Positions 13,801 to 26,800 of a stretch of DNA of 64,000 bases are shown one piece after another. The translations under genes and the position numbers were made by a program. This stretch comes from Laetmonice hystrix (lineage: Eukaryota), in NCBI GenBank assembly GCA_965235115.1, contig OZ249436.1:35962001-36026000 (forward strand), read 5' to 3'. Numbering within the stretch: the first letter of the stretch is position 1; each line of letters begins with the position of its first letter. Below the pieces are notes generated by a model. It did no database searches. It worked only from the letters and a program-made list of their open reading frames with translations, and had not been told where the DNA came from.

Positions 13801-15068
13801 TCAGACATAACTGTTGCTCCATCGATTACCATATCATCTCTGCCATCTTGTCGTTGGTATATTCGCCATGCTGTCATATTCTCGGTCATCACCACTTGAA
13901 ATATAATGTGCAAGTGGGTCAAGAGAAAACATGAGAACATGCCAGTTTAGTCCTAACGTGGTCATAATCTTGTCACTTTAGCACTGCAAGGAGGCAGCAA
14001 CTGTCAACTTCTAAACATTTCATGGTTAGGGTGCCTTCATTTTTGTACCTTACAAAACAAGAGCACCAACCTGTTTTACATATAAAAAAATACATTTTTT
14101 AGAAATTTTAACAATCGTTTAGGGACCATTTTGATGCGTTACAAGGCTATTTACAAGATTTGCACTCCCTATCAGGGCATCCGCCAGAGGGGGGGACGGG
14201 GGGGATTTATCCCCCCCATGATTGGGACATGGGGGGGATATCCCCCCCATAAATCTGCAGAGCAGTGTCTTTTTTTAAGCTATTCTCGCTCTGAGAGGCC
14301 AGGAAAACGCATCTCCGGAGTTCATAAAAAAAAATTTCTGGGGGAGGGCCCCCAGACCCCCCCATTAATTTTTTTCTGGCGGAAACCCTGCCTATTAGTA
14401 GAGAAGGTCTCCTGCAAAAACAGTTGAAGAATTCCTTGTGACGAATGACTGATTAGGTATTGCTAGTACAGCCAAGTATGTACAGCAAAGGAATGGATCT
14501 GTTGGGAGGAAGTTTTAGCTAAGTGGGTGGGACTTAGTAGCATAATGGGCCAGTCGGAGAAGAGGGTTGTGGGTTGTTTGCAGATGGGATTTTGTTTGGG
14601 GGTTAAACCCAGTCTCATCCTTCAGCATTGTGTGATAAGGGGGCCATGGTCGATATGCTATTTATAGACACGTGTCAGTTCCTATGTTACAGCATAGGAT
14701 GGTCGTAGTTATCAAATATGCCACTATGTGGCTGCGAGCCAGGTGGGCGAGACCCTTACTTTAAGGACAGAATCTTGAGAAAGGAAGTTGCAGGTTTTGG
14801 AGGAGAGTGTTACTGTTAGGTGGGAAAGTTTACGGGTAGGGGTTTAAAAAAAAAGCTGGAATCATAATCCGACAAGGACTACACGTACTAAACATGTAAG
14901 TGATTCCGTCATTGCGACACATGGCAATTAACTATTAGACCCTATGCTAGCCTACTACTAATGTACTACATGTATTTACAATGTACCTGTTTGATGCACT
15001 CTTCCACTGGATGGCAGCACCAGGCAGGCACCCAGTGTGACTGCAGCAAGGGCCAGAGTGCCTCTCAT
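10890..15068 (-). CDS. Type I membrane protein: signal peptide, CUB-like domain, LDL-receptor class A repeat, TM helix, cytoplasmic tail with PPxY motifs; about 489 aa
   Basis: Exons 15068-14987, 13894-13755, 13635-13501, 13346-13169, 12951-12826, 12598-12425, 12043-11795, 11275-10890; GT-AG and phase-consistent (1470 nt). Signal peptide MRGTLALAAVTLGACLVLPSSG; CUB-like end (FCG...IRITFKTG...HGFKF); six-Cys LDLa SCELNGLFRCNDGRCISPDLHCDGYTHCLDGTDEIKNC; TM WFGLAIPMAIVTVLLFFAIAV followed by KVRK; tail motifs PPPY, PPLY, PPAY. A probable 5'-UTR exon ends at 16783. Confidence 0.85.
11353..11603. mobile_element. PIF/Harbinger-like MITE in the last intron of the CUB-LDLa gene
   Basis: About 50-bp terminal inverted repeats (agccagtgtcacacagcacgatattccttccgatc / gatcggaaggaaatatcgtgccgtgtgacactggtt) flanked by TAA and TTA. 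Confidence 0.7.
14173..14390. mobile_element. hAT-like MITE with apparent 5-bp TSD
   Basis: TIRs cagggcatccgccag / ctggcggaaaccctg, flanked on both sides by CCTAT. Confidence 0.65.
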
Positions 15069-17230
15069 GTCTCCAGCTGACCCTGCCCTCAGCAGAACTC
15101 ATGCAGGCTTCAACTGGCTGAAAGTAGACATTTTTTAAACTAATCAATCATGATGACAGGTTATCATCACGACAGAATGACAGAATATAGACTCAGGATC
15201 TAATTAGGGCTTTCAAATTGTTTTTGAGTAGGCGTCACCAGCCGGGAATTTCAATCAAATTGGAATCGCGAAGGAACAGGAATCCTCGAGCGATCCTCGT
15301 GTAATTCTGTGCTCTGTTCCATCTGACGGCCCCATAATGATTCGTTCAAAATACATTCATGGTCAAGCCATTATGGCAGCACTTCCATTTGGTGACAGTT
15401 TGGAAAGAGGGGAAACAAAATCATGATCCTTTCATATACTTTATGAAGACTTTATGAGAAATCACCTACTACTAGCCAGCAGGGTTAGTTAGTAGAAACT
15501 TACCTAGCCCTGCTGTAAATGAACTAGCTAGTAGGGCGAGTTCAGGTGAAGGGTTACTCCGACTTACTCGCCCTCCACCGACCACGTGACCACTGCACAG
15601 CCATTTAAACCACAGAAATCTATACTGTAGCAGGTGCTGCCTTGTGGCACTAGAAAGTCTGGAATTGTGTAACTGGAGAACGTAGAACCTACTTAACATT
15701 CTATGTTCTCTGTCTCTGAGTCCAACCTGCTGCTAAATACATGTATATTACGGTACCCGGTAGTATCATCATGACTCATTGTGGGGGGGGGAAATTACTC
15801 GCCCATTCATTGTAAACAAATGGCCTGCAGGGCGACCTGAATGGTCAGACTGAATGGCCCAACGGAGGTTTAACTCACCACGGGGGAGCGGGTGAGTGCT
15901 AATTTCAACCCCTGAACTAACGTCACCTGAAAGCCCATTTTTTTCTCTTTCTGGTTCTTGAATTATCCACCAGAGGTCAGATGGTTTTTATTTCGTGTGG
16001 GTGGGCAACTCAAGGTGAATCTACCCTACACTGGCTTCACAGCCACAGGTCTAGATTTATAATCATGGCCAACATTTTTTTTCCTCTGTGAATTGGCAAG
16101 TTTTGGTCCTTAATGGACTTCAAGAATAAAATTTTCACAGTTCTACATGCTGCCAAATAAAATTTCAAGGGCTTTCATGTACTTTCCCGATAAAATTGGA
16201 ATTTTCAAGGCCTTGAAAATCTTGCCATCTACGCTGTGGTTATTCTGCCATCAGACGGCAGAATATATAAATTAGTTCGACTTATTACAGACATGAAACA
16301 ATAATGATTGGGTTAGGGTTAAGGTTAGTGTTAGATCTCATAAAATTCATGTACTTTCAAGGTGACAAGGACCTGTGGGTGTGCGAACCCTGCCCCTGGC
16401 GAGACTGAGTCTGACTCTGAGCGAGTGGACTCTTGTCTTGACCTGAGGCTGGCTGATCGTGAGGTCAATAAGCTGTGTAAGTAGGCAGACCACCGTCTGG
16501 GAATGAACTACACCGAACCGCTGCAGACACAGTCACAGACACAGATTAGATATGTATGGTCAGTGAAGTAACGAAATATTTTAACTAAGCCTAAGGGCCA
16601 CCGGAGCGAGGCCTACCGCAGTACCGGAGACTGGCGGAGTAGGCCTAACCATGCTAACGTGTTACCGAGTACCGTAACCGTCTGACCGTCAGTTGCTCAG
16701 TACGGCAAGTAGACTACCTCAAGATTACTGGCCCTGTGCACGCATTTCTACAGAAACTACTGTTGAAAATATGATAACTTACGCCTTTCACGTGATATCA
16801 TCGGGATTGGACACATGTATTCCGCATATTATGAATATTTTGTTAAGCTGACACTGACAGTGACAACTCCATCCTCCCGTTAGTGTCCGTTCACCTCCAT
16901 TATTCAGGTCTCGCGTCACTAATTATGTTGCAAACTAAATCCACGCAGCGAAAGTGTGAGGTTATAATATGGCTGAAGTCCACTTGGCTACTATCATTGG
17001 AACATCAACTAATATATAAGATAAAAGCATCAGCCATTTCCGAAGGATAAAAGTATTTGTTTTATTGGTCTAGAAATGCCTAGTTTCTGGTGGAAGCGTG
17101 GGCGTGGTGGTGGTGTCTACGTCATCGCCGGTGGTGACACCTACCGGGAGGCAGAGCTGGATTAACCTAACCAGTGGGGCACGTGCCCGGCCCCCTCACT
17201 AGGATTTAGGCCTAGTTTGCACGACTAGGC

Positions 17231-17476
17231 CCAGGGCCCGGTTCTTTTTGTCTACTTTTCCACCGTGAGCAAGGGTGAGCTGAGCTGAGCAAGGGGGAGC
17301 ATGAGCATGCTCATCGCTTTCGTTTTTTTTTTTTTTTTTTTTTTTTTTTTTGGGGGGGGGGGGGGTTCCATGAGGCATGTTCATGGTGAGCAAGCTTGCG
17401 GGGGAAAAAGAACCCTTGCTCAGCTCAGCTCACCCTTGCTCATGGAGGGAAAATAGACAAAAGAACCGGGCCCTGG
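17231..17476. mobile_element. Foldback MITE
   Basis: Long inverted arms ccagggcccggttctttttgtcta...gagcaagggtgagctgagctgagcaaggg / cccttgctcagctcagctcacccttgctc...tagacaaaagaaccgggccctgg around a poly-T/poly-G core. Confidence 0.75.
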
Positions 17477-17480
17477 TGCA

Positions 17481-18580
17481 GGGAGAGTGGGGCACCTTGA
17501 GCCATTAGGCTAAGGCCCTATTTCAGTTTTTCTGTTCTCAGTCATCCATGAGTGATAGGCTACCTCAGCTACAAAATCAATAAAAGTTATTAGGCCTAGG
17601 CCTAATTCCTATGTTTTAAAGCTCGATCATGGTGCAAAACACCACGTCTCTAATTACCTGCTTAAAATTGTTTTGAATTATTTTTTCCGTGTGGGTCAAG
17701 GTGGAATCTATACCCCCAAGGCTGACCAGTGGGGATCGTTGAACCACCCTATGGGGCACCTTGAGATATATTGGTCAAAATGCCCTAAAATCACTATTTT
17801 TTCATGAAAATAACCATGACTAAAATAGAAATGACTTTTCTTTTTATTGCGTTCTCATGCAAAGATCAGGCAGGGGCGTAGGAAGCTGGGGGCAGAGGGG
17901 GCTGCTGCCCCCCCCCCCCCCCCCAATATTTATAAAATGACCGCATGGCTCAATGCAAAAGCATAGGCATAAGTCATTGTGCGTCACTTCTGCCCCCCCC
18001 CCCCCAATATTTTTTTCCTTCCTACACTACTGAATATGCCCCCCTATAATCTTGAATTTTACACGATTATCTCCACTAATGTTATAGCTTAAAAAAAACT
18101 ATTTAAAAGACTTAGGCCCTAGGCCTACTGATGTAGTGGCCTAAGTCCTTTAGATCAACCACCATGGTCAAGGTGCCCCGTAATTTGTGGCTCGAGGTGC
18201 CCCATGGCCACCATATTGGAAAAGGCCTTTAAAAGGCACTTTACAATAAGCAGAATATAGCCTAGCAGAAAGCTTATGGGCCTACTCTATACTTTTATCT
18301 CTCACCAGGTTCTAGGTAGGCCTATAGAATGTAGTTAGGTGACACAGGAATAAAAGTTGCTTATCTTCAGGAATTTGCTTTCTGATGCAGTTTTTCTTCT
18401 TGGTATACGAGAGTTCGTCATGTAAGTTACAGAATAACATGCAATACTTTTAGTTTGCCTTCTTGACACCAGAGCCCAGTGCAGACATCGTCCTGAAAGC
18501 AAATTATAAAACCAATGGGCAGGACCCTTTGGCTCTATCTATAGGTAGGTACCCCACGGCTCAAGGTGCCCCACTCACCT
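17481..18580. mobile_element. Non-autonomous TIR DNA transposon (possibly Tc1/pogo-type) with a nested small element at 17871-18032
   Basis: TIRs gggagagtggggcaccttgagcc / ggctcaaggtgccccactcacct; internal copies of ggggcaccttga/tcaaggtgcccc; nested caggggcgtaggaag...cttcctacactactg. The superfamily call is tentative. Confidence 0.6.
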
Positions 18581-18671
18581 ACTGCAGTCCCCATAGTTTT
18601 TCGGTTATTGCTATAGGCAGGCCTATACATGTGTGCCATCATCCGTGGAGAAGTGAATCCTTTTGAAAAGG

Positions 18672-18980
18672 CCCAGCTAACAAAAACACGTGTTCAGCAC
18701 GTGTCTGACACGTGTCAAGGTAGTGCAAAGCACGTGTCTGGGACACGTGTCCTTCACGTGTTTCTGTGAACACTTTATCACGTGTCATATACACGTGTCA
18801 GAAACACGTGTAAAGAACGTGTTAGACACACGTGTCAGAAAGACGTGTAAAGAACGTTAGACACGTGTTAGAAACACGTGTAAAGAACGTGTTAGAAACA
18901 CGTGTCAGAAAGACGTGTAAAGAACGTGTCAGGCACGTGTTAGAAACACGTGTCAGAAAGACGTGTAAAGAACGTGTTAG
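18672..18980. repeat. ACACGTGT-rich subterminal repeat array, probably one end of a CACTA/EnSpm-like non-autonomous element
   Basis: Starts CCCAGCTAACA, followed by short repeats containing about 15 CACGTG. The partner end is not seen. Confidence 0.55.
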
Positions 18981-19330
18981 GCCGGGGCCGGAACGGGAAA
19001 TCACCCGGGTGATTTCCCCCTCCCCGAGTCATAATGCTTGCCCCCGCCCCCCCCCCCCCCCAGTGGGCTCCAGTAAAAAAAGTAAAACCGAAGCATACAT
19101 AGTCTCGGTGCTACCTGAGCAGTGCTTTAATATTATTGTACTTTTTGTAGCTTTCTCACTATGGAACTCTTGTAGATCAAGATGAGTCTGGAATAAAGAA
19201 TTGAAGTGAATTGAGAGGGTTGATCCCCAGACCGTTGTTTGCTCGCCCCCAGTATATTCGTGGTGTGCAGGAGGGTCATCCTTAGCAAATTATTAGCAAA
19301 TTGTGAGTAGTAGGCTATGCCCTAATATAT

Positions 19331-20636
19331 CCCTGTAAGACCCAACAATATTTCGGCGTGGCCAAAAAAATCAACCACTGTTTTAAAGTAACTAATTACA
19401 ATGCCTTAGTGGGATAATTGTGGAATTTTTAGATTTTTTTTATTTTTTACCCCCTTTTCAGATATGTTGCAAATGTGCTACATTGGGTTTCAGTTTCAAA
19501 ACTCGAATCTAGGTTTGGCACATACAGATCTTTGTAAGATCTATTAGATCTTTACAAACAATAAAAAACATGGGCTATACCCGTGGGAGCTATGTTTTTA
19601 AAAAGTTTGTTTGCCGGGGGGTCTGGGGGGGCCTCCCCCAAGAATATTTTGCAATACAATTTTAATGTTGATGTTGGAAATTTAGCTGAGGTAGCTGCCC
19701 CGGCCGCCTCAGCACTTTACGGCCCTGTATACAACGGGTGCCACATGCCTCTAATGGAGGGGTGGGGGGGGGTCCGGGAACTTGCCCCCGGAAAATTTAG
19801 AAAATAATGGGGCAATTTGAGGCAATAAAGCAATTTTAACCTTTGGAAATGGGGGCGGGCAAATCATACTTTGGCGCCCCTCCTGTAATATTGGGGAATG
19901 GGGTGGGGGGGGGGGGCATGGCACCCCTTTATAGGGGTACAAAGGAAAATCTATGGAATATATCAACCGAATAGCAGAGCAGTCCAAATCCTTATGTAAT
20001 GAATTTTTGTTTGTCCTTGTATGACAGAGGGACAGGGGGCCCCCAGATTTAGTTTGCCCCAGCCCCCTCACACTTCTTATTCCAGCACTGCTGCTGCTAC
20101 TACTACTACTACTATTACTAGTACTACTACTACTATGACTACTGCTACTACTACCACCCCCAATCTGATAAGATGGAATGACTATAGTATAGTATACGCC
20201 CTAATACCAGATTAGCATAGGCTGACATTTGGACATCCATGACAATGAAGACCCAAAGTTGCATTTCTGCAACATCACAAAAACTTGTTGCATCCAACAC
20301 TAACCGGCCACTTCAAAAAATATAATCAGATCTGCAGAATCTTGACTCTATAAAGAGTATGTATGAATTTTATTGGAGACTTCACTCACATGAGATGCTT
20401 AGATAGTTCATGAAATTATCGGACACTAACCTGCACACGGATACAGCCATCTTGTTTTGGGTGTCATGGCTAGTTCTATGAATGTCTCACAGATGGCAGC
20501 ACAATAGTGTGCATTTCTACAACGTTGGGTTTTCGTGGATATAATTCAGGGTTGATTTCACCACAGTGATATAATGCCCTTGGGCTGGACCCCCCGGAAA
20601 ATTTGTTGCATATTTGCAACAGGGGGTCTTACAGGG
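19331..20636. mobile_element. piggyBac-like non-autonomous element with nested GC-rich repeats
   Basis: TIRs ccctgtaagaccc / gggtcttacaggg. The right end is followed by TTAA; the left flank is degenerate (atat). Confidence 0.6.
20088..20156. repeat. (CTG/CTA)n trinucleotide microsatellite
   Basis: ctgctgctgctactactactactactattacta... Confidence 0.85.
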
Positions 20637-23600
20637 TTAAAAACAGGCTGGGTTTAGGCCTATCGTGACCGGTAGGCCTAGATTAAAAGCAAAGCAGGGG
20701 CGGATCCAAATCAATTGAAAGAAAAATTAGGCCTATAACTTAGGCCCCAATGCAGATAGGCCCATTCCTATAGATCTAGTATACAAAGAGCCAACTCAAA
20801 AAGGTTTGAAGCCGTTCGAGAATCAATTATTATAGGATATTCATTAGGCTTTTTAATTTAAGGAGCCCAAGTATCAGGACCAGTGTCGTGTTTTCGCGGT
20901 TTCCGCCGTCCTTCTGATGTCAGGTCTGGTGAGACGTTCCAATCATCCGCTGAAATTTGTTTAGCTGATGATTTAGTCAGGTCAGACTTGTCTGACTCCC
21001 AAGATCAGACATTATTTGCCCATGGCACGACCCAAAAAGGCTTGCCATTTCCCAAACCTTTCTAATAATAAACATCCTTTTCAAACTCGCTAACTGGAAA
21101 TCAATAAGAAATCCATGAATATCAAATTTTACGGAGAACATGGTATACGGTACGTGTACATTGTAAATGGGCTTAGCAACACAGAAAACTGGAGGCCAGA
21201 ACGCTAAATAATACACGATGGAGGGACATGCACCTCATATACCATAAAGGAGGATCGTCTATAGACATTTTATTTATAACAGATTCCAAGCCCGTATAAA
21301 TTTTACAAAGGTAACGTATGCACAACGATGGTGATGGATATGTGTAAATATAGAAACTCTAGGCCTAAGGGACACTATTTCTCACGAAAGTGGCGCTCCC
21401 TCCACGTTTCATCTGCAATTTAGCCTATATGATAAATATGAACAGCCTGACCCCTTGTATGCAGATAAATTTCAGTCCATTCATAATTCTATTTATCATT
21501 TATTTTCCTTATCATCAGGCTGTTTGTTGCATTTTATTTCCTGTAGTTGATGACGGCCCGCTGCCGTCTCGGTCATAACGTAAACTCATAACAAATGGAT
21601 TTTTGTTTGCTGCATCCATAATGGATAGGCCGCCTTGTGGAGTAGATCTGGTAGAGTGGAGCCTACTGGCTGTGATATAGATGATATATAAAGGCAGTAG
21701 GCTCTGAATAGTAGTTCAGTCTGTTCTATTAGTATTATTGAAGACTGATAAGGAGCTCAATACCGCTTGAGGGAGGGGGAGGGGTAGAACTGGCCACAGC
21801 TAATTCGTGCTATACTGCCTATATCAATACTGCAAAGTTTAGGGTTAATAAATAATTTCGTCTGAACGTCTAGTATGTAAATTTCGCGATGGAACAACGA
21901 CAAAACAAGACTGGACCTTGTAGAGCAACACATGGAGAAATACGATTATTCGTAGCACTAAAAGGATGTTGATGGCACACATTACCAGAAGTTCACACCT
22001 GGACCAAAGTAGGTTCTTGCAATAATAACTTCGGGCATCTTTCAAAGAAATCCGACAGAACGTAAGCCAAGGACGATAACTTCAAGGTTATTACACGTAT
22101 GGCAAAAGGAGAATTTTAGCGTCACGATGGGCCTTTTTTGCAACAATAAAGACTGCAGCCCTGCGGATCCTTACGACACAACAGGTACGGTACATTTGTC
22201 ACTTTCCGTCGATACTCTGTGTCGATCCACAAAGATAATACAATTACACAACAGCCTTTTCAACAGGAAATAACCAATCCTAATGATTTAACAATTATTC
22301 AAGAAGTGGGGTTTGATAGCAGATATTTTGGTTGGTCATACCCATCATGTAATACAAAATTTATTGAACATTCAAATTCAACATCGTTTCGGGAAAGTAA
22401 GTGCATGTTGACCATAGTGTTTACAATGATAAGAATCATTACAGAAAGTCTGACTTTTACCGTTTATTCCCCGTACAAGTTAGAGTCACATCTTTCAGTT
22501 ATTTACATATATTATGTTTCTGTACATAATACAAATAAAGTATATGAATATAACATATACCTCTTTTCTTCCGTTGTTGACAAGTATATCACATTGGTGG
22601 TCCTGTCCCCATATATCTTATAATTACCATTATTACAAGCAATATACAGTATAACTTTTCTTATGTCAAGACATACCCTCTCTTCTGTTACAAACCTAAT
22701 ATTTACAGTTTTGGATATTGGTCACCATGTCACCACGGATACAACATTTGCCATGCAGGCGATGCTCTCCACACAAACAGCATTCTGATCCACGGCATAC
22801 AACCACTCAAAGATGTTTCCAATTCTAAAACAAGCAATACATTTTTCAGATAAAAACATCCTAAAATCTGGCAAACTTTCATACTTGGCATAAAGTTGCC
22901 ATCAACGTTTAAGTAAGCGCTGAGATTCACTCGAGTCACAGGAAGCATGTAAGTGAATTGATCGTATTATATTATTCTCATCGTTGTAATGAACATGTAA
23001 CGGCTGGTGTAAGTACTTGTGGTTGGGTTTTAAAGACAGAGTAAAGTCAGAACATAGACCAAGTACGGTATTATGATGGTTTGGGTATCACTGAGACTAT
23101 GTTTATCTGACAATGGTTGACTTGCCGGGAGCTAGGAGACACTCAATGTTACGGGTATCACATTCTGGTCACGGGATTTACTGACACTTGACCCGCGCAA
23201 GGCAGCAGACACGGTTAACCCAAGTCAAACACGTAGTAGTACTGATTGTCCCTTTTCAAACTACTACATCTGATTACCGGCAGCACTTTGTCATTACCAA
23301 ACATGCAAAGATAAACACATTTAACAACCGGTCTTTGGTTGGAATAAAAATGTTTTCATAATGAGCCAAACATCAAACTTCAAAGATACAGAATAGTCTT
23401 TAAAGAATTATTCAAAATCACCATGAAATTTTTATAATTTCTAAAATATACGGACACGTATGAACAACGTGTTCACATCTTAAGGCCCTGCTATATATTC
23501 CCTTCTCAATGCTGTCCCTTTCTTGGTGAATTGCATACTTTTGTAAGAGGTATGCAGGGCATGTCATTGCTTAAAAGATACTCTTTCATTATTACCCTTC

Positions 23601-23803
23601 ATTATGGACATACATTTATTTTACGTCGGCAACCGTAGTTGAGTGATATTATATTGTTCAGCTCCAAACTAATATAATCATCTTTCTCTCCGTTTGGCCC
23701 TTTTTTAGCGATTGGACCCAGGATTTGACCAGATTTGTGAGTTTGTTGTTCATTGTCCTGTTGCCTAGATACCATCACCCTTGGTGACAGTGGCTGCACA
23801 CCA

Positions 23804-26800
23804 TCACCTGGAGACAGACGATAATGTATTGTTAGAGCTGGTTGTCGGTCCCGTGTCGTCATACAACTCATCCTGACTGTGCTCGTCTTCATGAAATACT
23901 CGCAGCAGGGGCCCAGTGTTGAGGATAGAATCTATGGCATCTTGTCGTCCTAGCTCCTCCAGTTTGTGTATGAACAGGGCGATGGTGGCGGACGGGTCGC
24001 GCGACCACTCTTCTAACGTGCGATCGGTGCGACTCTCCGAATGGCGATGTGGAACGTCGTCAAGCTGGGGGACAGTCTCAGTGAGAGCCAGTGTGATGGC
24101 CAACATACACCAGTCACGGCCCATAGGGTCAGGGGGGTCAAGGCGCTGCGCCAGTAGGCGGCGCGTGTGCACAGACAGGTGCGAGATATGTAAGTCGACG
24201 CCGAGCGTCGCAATGTCCATGATTGCCCGGCTACCGAACACGGCTATGTCTCCAAACCATTCCTCCTGGTCTTCCTCGTCTACTGTCAGCGTCGACTTAC
24301 CCGCCATCTGCATCTGTAGCACCGTGCGGGGAGCGTACGAGTGGACCGTCTTACGGTGGCCGGTCAGGTGGGTTGGACTGAGTAGGTGTTTCTCTAGGGA
24401 GAACCCTGGACACAGGTCCTCCAGGACCTGGTCGACCACGTTACAGACCTCCTCAAAGAACATGTGAAGGGCGCGGCGCGCGTCCTCAGGCCCGCGGGAT
24501 TTGATCTCAATGACCTGGTCGCCCTGCTCCAGGGTGACCAGACTCTCCAGGATACCGTGGCAATACTTGGAGCCATGGTACCACTGGTACAGGTCTATCT
24601 CTGGGTTACTCTCCTCTCGGAGGGCTGTCCTTCGTAACTGTACCTGAATCCGAGGAAACAAGTGCACCAGTTGGTTTGTAACCCCCCGCGGGCACTGAAC
24701 CCTTACTCCACCGTACACAGCGTTACGATACCGCTTGGAATCCTTCTCCCAAAGTCCGTGCAGCGTTTCGACAAAGTTCAAGCAGGGAAACTCGTACTCA
24801 ATATCGCCGTCGATATCACAGCGGGTGCAGACCTCGAGGGCCTCGAGCACCCGTAACAAGTCTTGGGATTCAGTTTCGGGAAACATGAGTTGGAAATCGT
24901 CAGCTGTGAAACACCCTGTGGGCCGCGTGTGCATGATACGGTCATGTGACAACAGTTCACCAATTATATCATTGCAGAGCCATTTTGGACAAAGGACGAC
25001 TAAGTCTTGTTCTGATTCTGTTTCTAAGTAGATTACCTGCAATGAAAAACAAGACCAATCTATAATACTGTACAATATGTATGAAGAGCTACTGCCTTAT
25101 TATGCTAACAGTTATACACCGACTTAGATTTTGAAGCACTTTTAAAATCAATGATGTGGCTAAAATAAATAAGATTTTACCTCCAGATCCCGTGGATTGT
25201 GAAAAAAAGAGTATAACGGATAGATAGCATTGAGAGGGCTCTATCTAACACAAATAGAAACGCCAAGAAATTAAAAGTCCTAGTGACGTTAGCGGTACCT
25301 CTCCTAGGAGCTGAAGCTGGTGCATGAGTTCTTTCATGTGTTCCTCGCTGGCCAACGTGTTCACCCTGGACCTCACAAATTCGATGAAATTTGGCCACGG
25401 CAGGACTGGGAAGTTTGCCGTCGTTTTACGCCATGCTGGGAGGGTACCAACAACAGCATCCAGGAAACCATTCGACGTTGGAAGATTCTACAGAGAAAAC
25501 ACGAAACATAGGTTTACAATCTTTCTTGTTATACATGTAGTTGGATCTCAATTTGACGAAGATAAACGAAGATTTGGCTTGATCTTCAATTGGCGCACGA
25601 TTTTTTCGACCTTTTTGAAAAGGGAAATACTTAATCGGAAAAATCATGATAAAATGGTAGGAAAGTTACCGGTGCTACGAGTGTTCAAACCCATCAAGGT
25701 ATACAGGTACAGAACTACAAGGACGAATATCATCATCAGAACTTATGTGCCTGCTTTCAGACCAAGAAACGTTCCTCATCGAGTAGCACGACTCCTGACA
25801 ACTCACCTTGACAATACTGGCTTTGAGTTCACCAAGATGTGTTCTCAGAACCTTCAGGTCGACTGACATGGCCAGGTGGGCGTCGACGACGAAGATGTGG
25901 TCTGAGATGCTGAAGTCGAGGGCAAACTTCTCCTGTACTGTAGACAGCAGCATGGAGGCATCGTCCGAGGTGAACTCGCTACGAGTGTTCTTGGTACAGC
26001 CGGCCTTGTCAGCGTGGGTGGCCACTAGCACGACAGGGGCGGGCCACGGCTGGCGCCCACACGATCCTGGAACACGGCTAGGTATCAATACCTCCCGGAC
26101 AGCCCACCTACAGTGTAATCATACAGGTGGGGGCGGCGGGGGTGGGGGTGTGGGTGTGTGGGGGTGGGGGGGGGGGGCAGTAGGTGCACTACCACCACCC
26201 GCTCAATGGGAAACGTACCAACAGTTACAACTCTATCTTCCAATTACAAACGTCCAGGTAATTTTATAGCGACGGAATGTTTCAAGAGTCTGGACGGTAA
26301 GCAATAGTTAGCCTCTTTTCTAAAATAAAAACCCTGTACTCTTATTTAATAAAGGGCGTTACAGTGATGAATCCTTTATTTATGATCATCTCCGCAGGGT
26401 TAATCGGTTCTGTACATCATTCTGGAGATACTGGACATAAACTTAAGTCTGACAGACTGTTCCATCATAAATTTTACATAAATGTTTTCGTAAAGGCATT
26501 GATCATATATTACCAGAAGTTTTTAAACCACATCATGATATATGTTCTACATAGAACATAACTGAGTTATAACACAATATATAACGTTATTTGCACGAAC
26601 TCACCGATGGGCTCAAAGGCCGGTATTCGTGCCTTGATGAAGTGTAGCCAGAACATGACCTGAGCCAGCTGAACGTTGGGTTGCTCGGTGAGCGAGAAGA
26701 CAACAATATGGATACAGTTGGGGTCGCCAATGAAATGGTCGTACATCATGAAGTAAGGTTCGTACCCAGAGAAGTCCCAAACACTCAGGTCTCCGGCCCC

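Noticed and set aside
23916..24467. 183-aa plus-strand ORF and other ORFs overlapping DAPK1 exons
   Set aside because: Antisense shadows of GC-rich coding exons.
26067..26107. Alternative upstream acceptor (ctgtag) for the DAPK1 ROC exon
   Set aside because: Introduces an in-frame TGA; the acceptor at 26066 keeps the frame.
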